The notes under the pieces were generated by a model. The model ran no database searches. It worked only from the letters and a program-made list of their open reading frames with translations, and was not told the origin of the DNA. A stretch of DNA of 64,000 bases, taken from positions 21,634,135 through 21,698,134 of the forward strand of contig JARFYF010000059.1 in assembly GCA_030265395.1 (NCBI GenBank). The letters run 5' to 3'. This document shows positions 48,930-61,539 of the stretch, piece by piece. Position numbers and translations under genes: made by a program. Every line of letters starts with the position of its first letter. The first letter of the stretch is position 1. The stretch is from Rhina ancylostomus (lineage: Eukaryota).

Positions 48930-49560
48930 TAAACAGGCAAGAGTTCACTACGCAGGAACTTCGAGAACATCATGTTGCTCCCCTAGTGCCAGAATATCAC
49001 TGGACAAGCTGCAAAACATTCCGGAGGGTAGAACGAACAGCTGGAGGCAGTAGTTCATTGTGGTTCCAATGACATAGGTAAAAATGAAGTATTGAGTTCC
49101 TGCAGGTCTGGTTTAAGGAGTTAGGAAAGAGATTAAGAAGCAAGACCTCTAAGTTAGTAAACTCTAAATTACTCCCTGTACCATGTGCCAGTAGGTGTAA
49201 CTTAGGAGGACAGCGCAGGTGAATGTATGGCTGGAGATGGTGCAGAATTGAGAGTTGTTGTTTCCTGGGCCTTCAGAACTACTCTGGGGAAGGTTGTCCT
49301 TGTGCAGGCCAGAAAATTGCACTTCAACAGGGCTGGACCAACATCCTTGTGGCTGGGTTTGCTTGTTGGAGGATTTGAACAAATTTGACAAGGGATGGCA
49401 AACTGAACAAAGATCCTGATGGGAGTAAAGCAGTTTTGGAAATAGAAGGCATAAAATTAATGAGAGAGTTTGAAAGGCTATGAAGGCAAAAGTTAGAAAA
49501 TAGACATAAAATAGCATCTGGCTTACTTAATGGAATATAGTCAAATGCAAGGGACAGTGA
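48930..49560 (+). mobile_element. CR1 ORF1 (SGNH/GDSL esterase-like) remnant
   Basis: VVHCGSNDIG..., LGKRLRSKTSKLVNSKLLPVPCA..., LHFNRAG resemble CR1 ORF1 esterase blocks. Confidence 0.7.
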
Positions 49561-49769
49561 ATTAGGCAGATGCGTGAGGATATTCCACAACATATAAAGC
49601 AAAGTACAGTGTCCTGGACTGGACTGGGTCCTGATTTCTGTGAAAGAGGAAAGAGAGCTGGTGATTGGTTGCCCAGTTGGAGCCTAGGGCTGTATAGAGG
49701 TGGTGGTTGGAGTTGGGGGGCGATAGAAATTGGGGTCTGAACAGAGGTTGGGGCATGGGGAATGTTGAT

Positions 49770-50015
49770 GTAATTGGTAGAAGAATTAGATGGGAGGATA
49801 AATTTTTGCACCCAGAGGTCTGGAACTTATTGCTTGTAAGGGAGGTTGAGGGAGGAACCCCCAACACAATAAAACAGTATTTGGATGTACACTCGAAGAG
49901 CTGCGACCTGCAGGGCCACAAACCTGCTACTGGCAGGTGGGATAAGGCTGGGATACTTGACCAGCATGTATATGATGGGCTGAATAGCCTTTCCATGTTG
50001 TAAGCTTTCTATGAA
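49770..50015 (+). mobile_element. CR1 3' end
   Basis: VWNLLLVREVEGGTPNTIKQYLDVH...LQG, then the tail. Confidence 0.75.
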
Positions 50016-50334
50016 AAAAATCTTTCCTTATAAACTGGTTGACTGATACTAGAGATCAGTCACTCCCAGTTTCTACCTCAGCACCTCTTGCCTTTATGGG
50101 AGAATGACTGACAGAAGTTTCAGGACCAGTGCTAGCTTTTGAAACATTCAACCGATTTATTTTACTAATTTTTTCTCCATCCTTGGAAATTAACTTTCAA
50201 TTGCAACAATTACATTTCAGAAATATTACCAAATTCCTAATGAGCTTTTCTTAATTTTCATGCATTGTTGTCAATAATTCTCTCATTAAAGACTTTCTAA
50301 ATGAGATAGTTGATCAGATTTTTGCAACAATTTA

Positions 50335-50680
50335 TAGATGCTTTCAGCCTTCTTCTTTTCTCTTCTGGAGGTGTTGATCTTGCTATTGAAAGAATCTAAG
50401 ATAAGGAGCCACAGTCTTAAAATCAGAGCCAGATAACTGAAGAGGGAAATGAGGAAACCCTTACTTTTGGAAAGGCTGACAGAAGATATGAATTCTTCCA
50501 TATAAAAAAGCAGATGATAGTATTTTAATTAATTTTATATCTAAGGTTGGTAGATTTTATTAGCTGGAACATAAGGAATGGAGCCAAGGCAGCTACGTGG
50601 AAATAGAATTCAGATCAAACAGGGTCTCACTGCATGGTACAACAGATTCAAGAGGCTGAATGATCTACTGTTCATATGTA
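50335..50680 (+). mobile_element. CR1 3' end (old)
   Basis: gaatctaagataaggagccacagtcttaaaatcagagcc...gaaatgaggaaac; aagaggctgaatgatctact tail. Confidence 0.7.
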
Positions 50681-50769
50681 TCTACACAAAAGATCACAGC
50701 CAGGCCCGATCTAGTTCCTTCCACATATATTGATCCTCAAAAAAATGGAAAAACACCCATTTGATCAAT

Positions 50770-51090
50770 ACATTATTTGCATGCCCCAAAACATTTCACA
50801 GCCAATAAATCTGTTTCTGTTTCAAAGTGCAGCATCCTGTGAGATGAATGAGCAACTAATTGTTGCTGGGATTGAGTGAGAGGTAAATGTTGACAGGACA
50901 ATTTCCCTGCTGTTATCTGAATAGCATCATGGATTCCTTATGTTCACATGTCACCCTGTGACAGTGCCGCACCTTCTCAGTACCACATTGGTACCATCTA
51001 GATAATGGGAAAAAGTTCTTCAACAGAGCTCAAGTCCATTGTCTTCGTTCTCAAGAGATGAGGCTGTTACCACATGAGAGCAAGGTTGAG
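50770..51090 (-). mobile_element. Decayed DeuSINE
   Basis: Reverse complement has GTACTGAGAAGGTGCGGCACTGTC, AATCCATGATGCTATTCAG, ATTGGCTGTGAAATGTTTTGGG. Confidence 0.65.
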
Positions 51091-52006
51091 TTAACATGTA
51101 GAGTCAGGAATGTGATCTCTTGCTGCTTTTCACCCTTCCTATCCCAGGGAGTTGAGGTAATTCACTCCCTCCCCATTGGAAAATAATCTAATTTCTTTTT
51201 ACACAAAATGAGTGACAAGAATAGAAGCAAATATCTTTAAGGCTCTTACAAGCAACACTTAGAGGAACACACTCCCCCACTTTCAGAAACTCTGTTTCAC
51301 TCAGATTACACACTTCATTTGTTTACAGTCTTAGGCAGGCACAGACAGATCCATCATCAAATGCGGCTGCAATGAACAGTCACTTCTTGACTTTCTTCCA
51401 AAATAAAGCAAATGGAAATTAAGATAACAGCCGAGAATAGTTTGTACAGAGAGTGTTGCATTTTATTGTAAGGACTCATTTTTAAAACAAATAGGATTAG
51501 CACTAAGATAAGGATGTTAAAATCAAATGGAGAATATTAGAAAGGATTTGTAGGTGGGTCCACCCTGGGTCCTTCCCTTGCACCTGTTCCAACTTACAAG
51601 GTTCCAGTTAGACTACACTGTGAACTTTATGTCCAGTCATTATGACACAAATGAAATTTACAGCTTCTGGAAGAAGTGCAGAGAACATTCTTGAGGCTGA
51701 TCTCCATTCTTAAATGTCTGAGTTACAAGGAAACATCAGAATTCCAGCCTTGAAAGAAGATGTTTTAAAAGTAATGGAGATCCACAAGACTGTAAATTCT
51801 ACAAAATATTTGCAGATTTACTTTAAGCAGCAAATGTAGGAGAAAGAATCATGGGTATCAGCTGGGATACTGGCAGGAAGTGCAATAATAAGCTTTAATG
51901 CCAATGCAGAGGGAAGGTATTGGCCAAAGTTCCTGGACCTCATTGTTCTCCTTTTAGAGGCATGGATCAGATGTCTGAGGGGTGGGGGGGGGGGGACAGG
52001 GAACGG

Positions 52007-52605
52007 GATGTAGAACTGTAAAGAAGTAGCTCAAGTAAAAATGTGGAACCTTGGCCTAAGTGACAAAATAGAGCATTAGTCTAAATAAAGACATAAACAT
52101 TTAGCCCAAGTGGAACTATAACCATTGTAGGACTACAGTTTTTGAGGATGCAGAACTGCAGCCCAAGTAAGCACATAGCATTTTAATTGAAGTGAAGGTA
52201 TAGACCCATAGCCCAATTAAAGCTGACAACCTTAGCCCAAATAAAGACACAAAACCACAGCTGAATTAAAGATATAGAACTTAGTCAAATTAAAACACTG
52301 AGCTATAGCCCAAACCAAAGGTGTGGAACTATAGTCCAAGGAAAGATACAGAACACATGAGGATGTAGAACCACAGTTCAAGTGAAGATGTAAAACTGTA
52401 ACCACAGTGAAGATGCAGAACTGTAACCCAGATGAAGATGTAGACTCTTAAACCTTGAACATGCATAGCTATAGGCCAATTTAAGATATAGAATCTTAAC
52501 CCAGGTAACGATGTATACCCTCGTCCAAATGAAGACGTAGAAATTTAGTGCAGGTAAAGGCATACAACAGCCCAGATAAAGATGTTTATGTATAGCCCAG
52601 GTAAT
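52007..52605. repeat. Degenerate ~25-bp minisatellite (consensus ~AGTGAAGATGTAGAACTATAGCCCA)
   Basis: gtgaagatg/atgaagatg recurs at 52382, 52407 and 52432. agcccaa recurs at ~25-nt spacing. Confidence 0.85.
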
Positions 52606-52809
52606 AATGGGGCATAAAATTGGATATTGCTGAAAAATGGGCCCAGAATTCCCAATGGGAGATTAGCTTGTGTCTCCCCAGTATGTAAGCTAGTGGATGG
52701 TGAGCAGAAATTATTGTGAATCCATATTATTAGAGATATAGTGAAAAATGTGGTGCCAAAATGAGTCCAATTTTGTGGCTGTAGTATGGTCCTTGTATTT
52801 CCTTATGAC

Positions 52810-53095
52810 AAAGGGGGAGGCCAATCAACCATTGAGTCTATGATGCCTCCTAGAGAAATCCCATTCACCCACTTACCTCCCTGCAACCAATTCTTTCTCA
52901 CATGCTGATCCCCACTCACCTACACTTGAGATAATTTTACAGTTGTCTAACCTACCAATCAGCATGTCTTTGAGATGTGGGACAAAACTGGAACACCTGG
53001 GAGGAACCTTTGCAGTCACAGGGAGAAACGCATATAGACAGTACTAGAAGTCATGATTAAATCTACATTACTGGAGCTGTGAGGAACTGCAACAG
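52810..53095 (-). mobile_element. Decayed HE1-type V-SINE
   Basis: Reverse complement: CCTCACAGCTCCAG head, TTCTCCCTGTGACTGCAAAGGTTCCTCCCAGGTGTTCCAGTTTTGTCCCACATCTCAAAGACATG V-domain. Confidence 0.8.
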
Positions 53096-55049
53096 TGTGA
53101 CCCTACCTCGGGGAACGATTCTGAACAACATGACTCTCGATAAAAATGTCCTACTTGAAAAAGAAGGGAAAGAAATGTAGTAGAGTAATTTCATGGAAAA
53201 AGAAGGAATAAGCTAAAAACTATGTTAGAGACAAAGTGATCTCCTTCAACAGCTGGATCCACTAAGTAGTTTGTTGTAAGAAAAACATGCTTGGGTCACT
53301 ATTAGTGATAAAATTGGAAGGGAAGTGGTGGGGAAACAAACATCAAGGAGCAGGGAAATTAAACATTACCCCCTTTTGAGAACTGAATTGTGTGAGTGTG
53401 GATCAAGCTCTAAGTGTCCTGCCTTTTGAATTGAATAGCTTGCTTAGAATGCACAATAGCCAAGAGGCTAAACACTTCCCTTATAGATCTGCACATGACA
53501 TCATCTCCAAACAGCAGGAAAGCTGTAGGAAGCCATATATCAACTACTATATTTTCTACAGTACAAATATGAGTAACCTTCCTCAGACCTTTTGCATGCT
53601 GTACAGCTATTAAACAGGCTCTGGGGAATACAGTGCCACAAAATTGTTTAAAAGTTTTTATTCGATCAACACGCAGTGTGATGAAGTGGCATTTGTGGAA
53701 ACATAGACTCTTCTTTGATATTTCCTTTGTTTTATTATTTTTTTCCAGCAAAATACTTTAAGCACAAAAAAAGACTAAATACACTTTGCCGCTAAAAAAA
53801 AAACAAACACAGTAATTTTTGTGTCCACTTGCAGAAGGGGCCACAACCAGAATCTGGGAATTATAAAGATAATATGCCTTTGCTTCATTCCAATAGCAAG
53901 TTTCAAACATACCAAATACAGAATGGACTGCAAAGGGAAAAACTGATCACCTCAATGATTTTAACATTTGGTCATCACTCTTTGCTGATTTAACTACTCT
54001 CAGTTAGTAAATCTTGGAAGCTTCAGCAATTTGTTTTCAGTGGGTTATGGAAGGGAATATAAGCCAGTGCTCTGAAAGATGTTTTAAGCACACAAGGAAG
54101 CATCTAACCCATTATGACTGTGTCATAAAGCAATCCAAAGCTTATCTGTGTGGCTTTCTCCCCGGGGATCTGTTTCTNNNNNNNNNNNNNNNNNNNNNNN
54201 NNNNNNNNNNNNNNNNNNNNNNNNNNNNNNNNNNNNNNNNNNNNNNNNNNNNNNNNNNNNNNNNNNNNNNNNNNNNNAGAAATCCAAAGCTTATCTGTGT
54301 GTCTTTCTCCCCGGTGATCTGTTTCTTTCTCTCTTTCAGGTACTTAGCCATTTTTCCTGTGAAAGGTACATTGGACTCTGATTCAGCTGCTTCTATCCCA
54401 AAGCTCACCATCCTCTTACACCCATTTACTAAAAAGTTTTTTTTAATTGCTTCCCTTCTTTACCAGATCTCAAGTGACTCTTTTTGTTCATGCTCCTGAT
54501 GTGCTGATTTCTCTTCACTGGCCCACCAATGGAAAAGATACATGTTTAGTGAGGAAAAGGATGAACATTGAACTTAGCTGTGATGATAGGCATTGCACGG
54601 TATGATGAGACAGCCTCTGACACTCTAGGTCCCTGTGGGAAGAATGGCTACATACTGGGGTTCCCTGGATGCAATTTGGAGAGTGATAACAGAGAAGATC
54701 AACTCCCTGTCATAGGTGAGGGTTATGGCAGATGAATTGACAATTAGTTAAAAAGTGTAAGTGTTAGCAGTGTGCTGTAATTATTTTGGCCACACTTAAA
54801 CATTCATGAATGACAAGAACTTGGTGTGCTTGGCAAGTGCCATCAAATTCCTCTAGGATCAAACACTAATGAGGGCAAATCAAACTACAATTTCTGTACA
54901 ATAGGTAGAATTGATTATCTTTCTTGCAGCACTGTGCTTTGGTTTGGAGGTTCTTTGAGCTTCTGGCTCCACTTATATACTGAATGTTAATTATTCCTGA
55001 ATTAGATACATCCTGAAGTTAATGGTGAGGCAAATTAAAGAGCAGAAAA

Positions 55050-55290
55050 TGAAAAGTAAAAAACCTGCAGATACTGGAAATTTAAAATAAAATCAGAAAA
55101 TGCTGGAAATACTCAGCAGGTCAGGTAGCATCTGTGGAAAGAGATACCGACTTAACATTTCAGGTCGAAGAAACTTTGTCAGAACTGGGAGGGTTAGATA
55201 GGACAAAAGGAAGTGAAACTAATTGCTGTCTCTCTGTCCCAGTCCTTTTGACTCAAAACATTAACATTGTTTCTCTTCAGTGACCTTCTG
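55050..55290 (-). mobile_element. Penelope-like terminal repeat with a decayed hammerhead core, plus a partial inverted copy
   Basis: Reverse complement of 55151-55188 is CCAGTT-CTGACAA-AGTTTCTTCGACCT-GAAATGTT-AAG, followed by CCACAGATGCTACCTGACCTGCTGAGTATTTCCAGC. Confidence 0.7.
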
Positions 55291-56404
55291 AAAAAGTTCC
55301 TTATAACTTCATCTTCTGATGGTGGAGGAACTGCCTTCTGCCTCTTCCCTTTTGTATACAGAATTTTAAAGTCTCCTTGTGTTGGCATAATGCCAGATGA
55401 GTTTCTAACATAGCATCAAGGCAGATTTCAGAGCAATATTTCTAGAAATGAAGGCTCAAACCAAACTGCCAGAAAGCAATAGTTGCTGCTTTCCACTTTG
55501 ACAAGACAGTAAAAATATTCTGAAGACAACTTTCTGTGGCTACTAGATGAGATATGAGCATTTGTCCAATTTACCTCAGAGTGACACCAGACCAGATGAT
55601 AACCTTCAAAGTACATTGAATGAAAAGAGCCAGGAAGATGAATTCAAGTGTCAACCTGATCTAGAAGCCTGCAAGCACCAGCTGGTAAGCATGAATGTAC
55701 ATGCTACAGACATCAGCAATGGCTATTGATTACCTAATAGTTGAAAACTTTGCACAGGTATGGACCAGATAAAGTTGTACCCGGCTTGAAGATGTCCAAC
55801 TGAATAGTGCAATGCAGTGTATCGCTGAACTGTCAATCAATTCAATGTCCCAACTTTATTTACTGGCAAATATTGCTCTCCCATCCACCCACCATGATGC
55901 TGCCTCCCCATACGAAATGCGGCACACTGTTTCCACTTGATTGTTTGAACTTGTTCAAAGCCTTCTGGACCCACACCCCAATTTCAACTCTTATCAAACT
56001 TGGAAAGGCAAATAGAAATCATGAGTAGGCACAAACAAATATCTATTAAAAGTTCAGATGCAAAAAGACTCTGGCTTTGATTTTCCACATAGGTTACGGA
56101 GTTCCGTATTGTATTTGCATCAGCCGAGGTAGATGTGGATATTTGATGCACAAATGGAAAACAAAGCTTCTAAAGTATGTAGTCATGATAATCAGGAACA
56201 GAACAGAAAGTGACGTTGCCTGACTTACAAACATGATAGAAGTATCGCAGTGATCCCCTCTGTCAATTAAATATCTAAATGTAAAAGAATAGCTGTTGCT
56301 CTAGAGCTACACTGGGCATGTGAAAACCAATGTCTTTCTTTTATTCCTGTTACCCAGAAAAACTCAGATCAGGAGCAGGAACCTGACAGACTTTCTCCCC
56401 TCTC

Positions 56405-56770
56405 TGATTTAGGAATGTTCCAGACATAGAGAAGGTGGATGGTGGCAGTCTTTTCCCCAGGGAAGGGGAGTCCAAAAGTAGGTGGCTTAGGTTTAGGGTG
56501 AGAGGGGAAAGATTTAAAAGAGACTTGAGGAGCAACTTTTTCATGCAGAGGGTGGTGACTACAGTATATGGAATGAGCTGCCCGAGGAAGTGGTTGAGGC
56601 AGGTACAACAGTGTCATTTAAGAAGCACTTGGATAGATACATGCAGGGGCTTAGAGGGATACGGGCAGAACACAGGAAATTGGGACCAGATGGGTGGTCA
56701 CCATGGTCAGCATGCACTCATTGGGCTGAAGGTCCTGTATCCATGCTGTATTGCTCTATGACTATGACAT
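56405..56770 (+). mobile_element. Young CR1 3' end
   Basis: LFPREGESKSR...FRVRGERFKRDLRSNFFMQRVV; VVEAGTTVSFKKHLDRYM; gggctgaaggtcctgtatccatgctgtattgctctatgactatga tail. Confidence 0.9.
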
Positions 56771-56951
56771 TGACTGAGGACATTTACTCCTTGATTTTAA
56801 AATCAGCATCATTTTTTTCCCATACNNNNNNNNNNNNNNNNNNNNNNNNNNNNNNNNNNNNNNNNNNNNNNNNNNNNNNNNNNNNNNNNNNNNNNNNNNN
56901 NNNNNNNNNNNNNNNNNNNNNNNNNNNNNNNNNNNNNNNNNNNNNNNNNNN

Positions 56952-57620
56952 CAGTGTTTTTAGCTGCCAAGGACCCAAGCTCTGGAATTCTCTCCTGGAT
57001 CTCTAACTTGAACATATTCACCTCTTAGACCAAGCATTTGGTCATCTGCCCTAATATCTCCCTATGTTGTTCTGCATCAAATGTTATTTCATAACTCTCT
57101 GTGAAGCTCCTTGGATTATTTTACTGCTCTCGAGTTGCTATATTAATACATTGTTGTTATTGACTCAGGACCAACTGAAATTAAACCTGATATCTTGCTG
57201 GTCAATGTGGCTCAGTGTTAGTGTGGTAGGTTCACCTCTAGAAAGTGCGACAACAGCATGTTGCATTTATATAGCATCTTTGATATAGTTATAAGGGCAG
57301 TTGCCAGATAAACTCTGACTGTGTGAAACTTAACTAGATATTAGGACACATGGTTAAAGAGGCAATTTAAAGGAGGATCTTACTGGAGGTGAGAGAGTTA
57401 GAGTAGCTTGAACAGGGGATGGGTGGTGGTGGAGTTCCAGATCTTACTGTCTTGGCAGCTAAAGGGATTGCCAACAAGAATAAAAGATAAAATCAGGATG
57501 CATATTGACAAGAATTAGATGAGCACAGAGAGTGTTTTATGGCACTGAAAGTGGACTGAGGGATAGGGAGAGGTGATGGTGTGAAGAGATTTGAAAAAAC
57601 AAGGATTGTGTTCTAAAATT
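56952..57620. mobile_element. Two L2-like 3' ends in tail-to-tail orientation (+56952-57160; -57250-57620)
   Basis: FSCQGPKLWNSL...gctatattaatacattgttgtt on plus, and acaacagcatgttgcatttatatagc as the minus-strand tail. Confidence 0.7.
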
Positions 57621-58524
57621 AGAAAAAATTTAGAATAAATATGGTTTACCACCAACCGCATGCTTGGGTGCTTCACTCATGCAGCTTGGATGCCAGACCA
57701 CGTAACCTATTGCTTGGAGATTACGCCAAACTGACATTCCAGGGCCAACAGAGATAACAAATATGAGAAAGTGGAGAGGGAGAGAAAACGGCACTTGGTG
57801 ATTTTCCACATCTGTTTCACTTCTGTCAGACTCGGATTACAATGGAGGCAGCCCACAGCTGTTTACCTCTTTCCCCAACTGCTCCTTTCTCACAATTGCT
57901 GTGAGCCCTGCCTCTCTTGCCTGTGTCTGTATCTGATCACTCCCTGTGTGCAGTCCATTCTAAACCACACAAACACAGGATGTTCCTGCCAGACAGGACC
58001 CTTCTGTCAGCCGGGCCCTCCACTAAAATCGAGGGAAGTTATTAAAGCGACAGACTGGGAGGCAGAACAATGAACGGACTAAGTTTAGCTGTGAAACCTG
58101 GTCTCTTACTCCCTCTTTACAAAAAGCTCCTCTGTGTTATTTATTAGAGCTGGGAAAGGAATAAGAAATATTAAGTATATGTGCTATGCGTTAACATAAA
58201 AAATGCCATTTAAAGTGGCAGCTGAAATCAGGAGATCTCACTGAAAGACAGTCATTTCCTCAGGGTAAAAAATACAGAAAGCAACTGTCAGAATAAGGCA
58301 CTTGAATTAAAACTTCAGACTTCTCAGCACTTGAAAGCTCCCATATATAAACAAGAGCCTCACAATTTAACCAATTAAAAAAAACCGAAGATTTTACAAA
58401 CCATTCTCTAGATTAGAAACTGTAGTCCTACAAGGAAAGTCTTGAAAATCATACTAAATCCATTGGAACACAGAAGTTCAAGTGGAGATTTAGTTAAAGG
58501 TTTGTACTATAGAAAAATATTTCA

Positions 58525-59770
58525 GTGCTGAGGGATATTCTAATCATCTTCCTTGTTTCCTTCACCCACGCCTCCACTAACAAATGCAAGGAATTCATGG
58601 TGTTCTTTGTCAATGAGATTGAAGCCAGCAGTTTTGCAGCCTCTGCAGTTTCCCTTATATCCACAAGTCCACTATGCCAAAATTCTAATGCTCCCCTTGC
58701 CCTGGTTTCTCTTATATTTCCCTTACTGCCCTCTCAGGATTTATCTTCACCCTGAGACACATATGCTGCTTTCTTGACCCTATATTGACCACTCAAGTGG
58801 CTCCCTCCTTCAAATGTGTTGTCATCACCTCTCTCCTCAAAAGAAACTATCGCATCATCTACCTCACATAATTCACCAAGTTTTTAAATCAGTCTTAGTC
58901 TCCCAAATTTGTCTGCCTTACCCAGAACTCCCTGTTTGAATCCCTCTTATATTGACCCTACCACGATACCAAAATCACTCATATCAAAGTTGCTAATGGC
59001 ATCTTATGCGATAAGTGACAAAGGTAATTCATCCCCTCTGTTCTTCAAGAACTGCCTTCAGTCACTGCCAGGTTGACCACATCATTCTCCTCTGAAATGT
59101 CTGCACTGTTGAGGTTGACCAATTGGTTAGCACCACATTTACTTGGTTCCATGCAGTTGTAGCCAGAGAACCACCAGTAATAACTCCTCTTCCTGAGGCT
59201 GAAGCATTAGCCAGGGCATTACTAAATTTTCGCCTCATCCTACTTCTCTATATGCTGACACTTGGAAACAGCATCTGACACATAGATGGCACACTGTCAG
59301 TTTCCAAATGTGCACATGATGCCCAGCTTCAGACCTACCTTTCCTCACCCCTTTACTGTTTCTAAATTGTCAGATTGTTGGACCTGCATCCAATACTGAA
59401 TGAGCAGAAATTTCCTCCAACTGAATACTGGGAAGATTACATCTTTCATCTTATCACAAACTCTATCCATTATGCATCATCTCCATCCCTCTCTCTTGCA
59501 ACAGTCTGAATCACTGTTTAATATTCTTGCTTGATATTCGACTGCAAGCTAATCTTTGGTCCATATGGTTGTGCAAGCATTAAGACCATTTCTGTGACAC
59601 CTACTTCTGGGATCATCTTTGTCACAGCTCATCAACTTTTAAACTTGGCTGTTTAAATACACAACTCGCCAACCTTCCTTGTCATCTAAAACACAGCTGC
59701 TCTTGTTCTAACATGCACCATGCTTCTCCTTCACGAATCGTCTCTGTGCTTCCTGACTTACATTGGGGTG
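58525..59770 (+). mobile_element. Decayed L2-clade LINE ORF2 (RT)
   Basis: CKEFMVFFVNEIE; remnants of the ...VDHIILL and YMLxLG...FQMCAHDAQL (YADDTQL) motifs, with frameshifts. Confidence 0.75.
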
Positions 59771-60686
59771 AGGTTCAAGATCAATGTCAGTAGGTTAAAG
59801 CTGTTGCCAGCATTCATGTAGGAGTTGATGCTGCATTTTCTGATAATGTTGCCAAGGGAAAGAGAGACTCAGCATGTGGAATTTGTCTTGGGCTGCTCTA
59901 ACAAGGGGTCAGTGAAGAGGCCGAATTGCCATCTTCTTGACTAAAGTGGCTCATTATGAATGAGGTCACTGCAGTTCCTATTGGGGAATTGCTTTGAATT
60001 TTACCAGTTTAGTACTATTAGATTCAATCTCACTGACTAGTGAAGTTCACTGATTTTTGATGTTACCACTTGGAAAGAGATATGATGACCTATATTGTGG
60101 TATCCGATCTGAATGTTCATTCTGGTTTGAACATGCATGCTAAGTACTACAGGCTGTTTGTTGCTGCCGACATCGGAGTGAACAATTGCCCCCATAACAT
60201 ACTCTTTCCAGCCAAGACACCACTGGGAGCAAGACCTGGATATTATCCTTCTCCCTTTCCCACGGACTCTGAGGTAATTTGTAGAAAGCCAACATTCCTC
60301 CGAAGGCTGAGATCAGGCAACTCATCATAAGCTTCAGGAATCAGTTGCAATGTTATGCAGGGAATGTAAAAATTCAACATCCTTTCAGAGATCTGGGGCT
60401 TCACCAAGGAATGCCTGGTTTTACTGTTACAGAATACAATCGTGCTGAATATAAAATCTAATGCTTAAGGCAACAGAAAGCATAGTGAAACATGAAACAA
60501 TATTCTTGTGTCTTTAAAAAATACCTGTTTCTGATTTAACTTACGCAATAGAAATATTTTTTCCATAAAGAGACTCTCCAATTACTGTTGCTTCACTGAT
60601 CCACTCCAGATAACATTAACATGTCAATGAAGGCTAATGTTTCAGCTAAATTTCTTAAGAAACATTCAGATAGTAACTTGGTGTAC

Positions 60687-60771
60687 CTGAGGGTGGAACA
60701 GAAGTGGGTTTGGGCGCAGATATTTCTCCTTCAATGAATTCAGGGGATCCATCATTTTCCTTTTCTCCACC
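60687..60771 (-). CDS. PRDM16: PRDM16 exon 10 equivalent (85 nt; 88 nt if the upstream AG of the CAGCAG acceptor is used)
   Basis: TTCTCGGTCCAGCAG|G GTG GAG AAA AGG... translates (R)[28 protein letters not shown], then |GTACAC. Too short for the ORF track. Confidence 0.96.
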
Positions 60772-61539
60772 CTGCTGGACCGAGAAGTAAAGAGTTAAAT
60801 CAGCGCTCAGCATTTTCCAAACAAAATCCTACCTCTCACAGGGCCACTTTGGGAACGTTGTTAAGGAAAGATGCACACTTACGCTGTGTAGTGCAGGTGG
60901 TTCCAGCTGAAAGAGAAAAGCAAAGGTTGGGATGAAATCCTGGCTGTGGTATCTTCTGGTGCAATGTAGGAAAGGATTGCAGCTCCCTTTTTTCCACAGC
61001 TTTCACCTGATGAGCAGCTGAATCACTGGGACCATGCTTTCTCAGTCCCATTGGTTGCAAGTGTTCACAACTGCCATGTGAACAAACCATCTCACATTTT
61101 AAACAGGAAGCCTACACTTTTTGGACAAATCTGTTCTTGCAAAATGAGTGACAAAGATAAGGTTACATTTGCTGCACATTTCGCTGCTCTGACCTCATCA
61201 AGAGTCAATTGCATCATGTGGGGCTGGATTTGCATGTAAGCCAGTTTGCTTGGGTTTTTAGTAACTGTGAACTTGTGTGGCCATCAATTGCCTATTATGA
61301 GCACACACATGACCTGATCTATTGAACTGAATTTTGTAACCTACCATAATGGTTTTGGATCTTGGGATCTCTACTATTCCATTACTGTAATCACCACACA
61401 TACTTCTTGCACAATAAGACCAGAAAAGAATGCAGGAAGAAAGGTTCTGTGGATTGGTAAATATTTTTACTGGCTTGCAAAGCTCTCAGAAGAAAGATAT
61501 CTTAATCCTTTCTCTCCATCTTAATTCCTTTTCGTGAAG

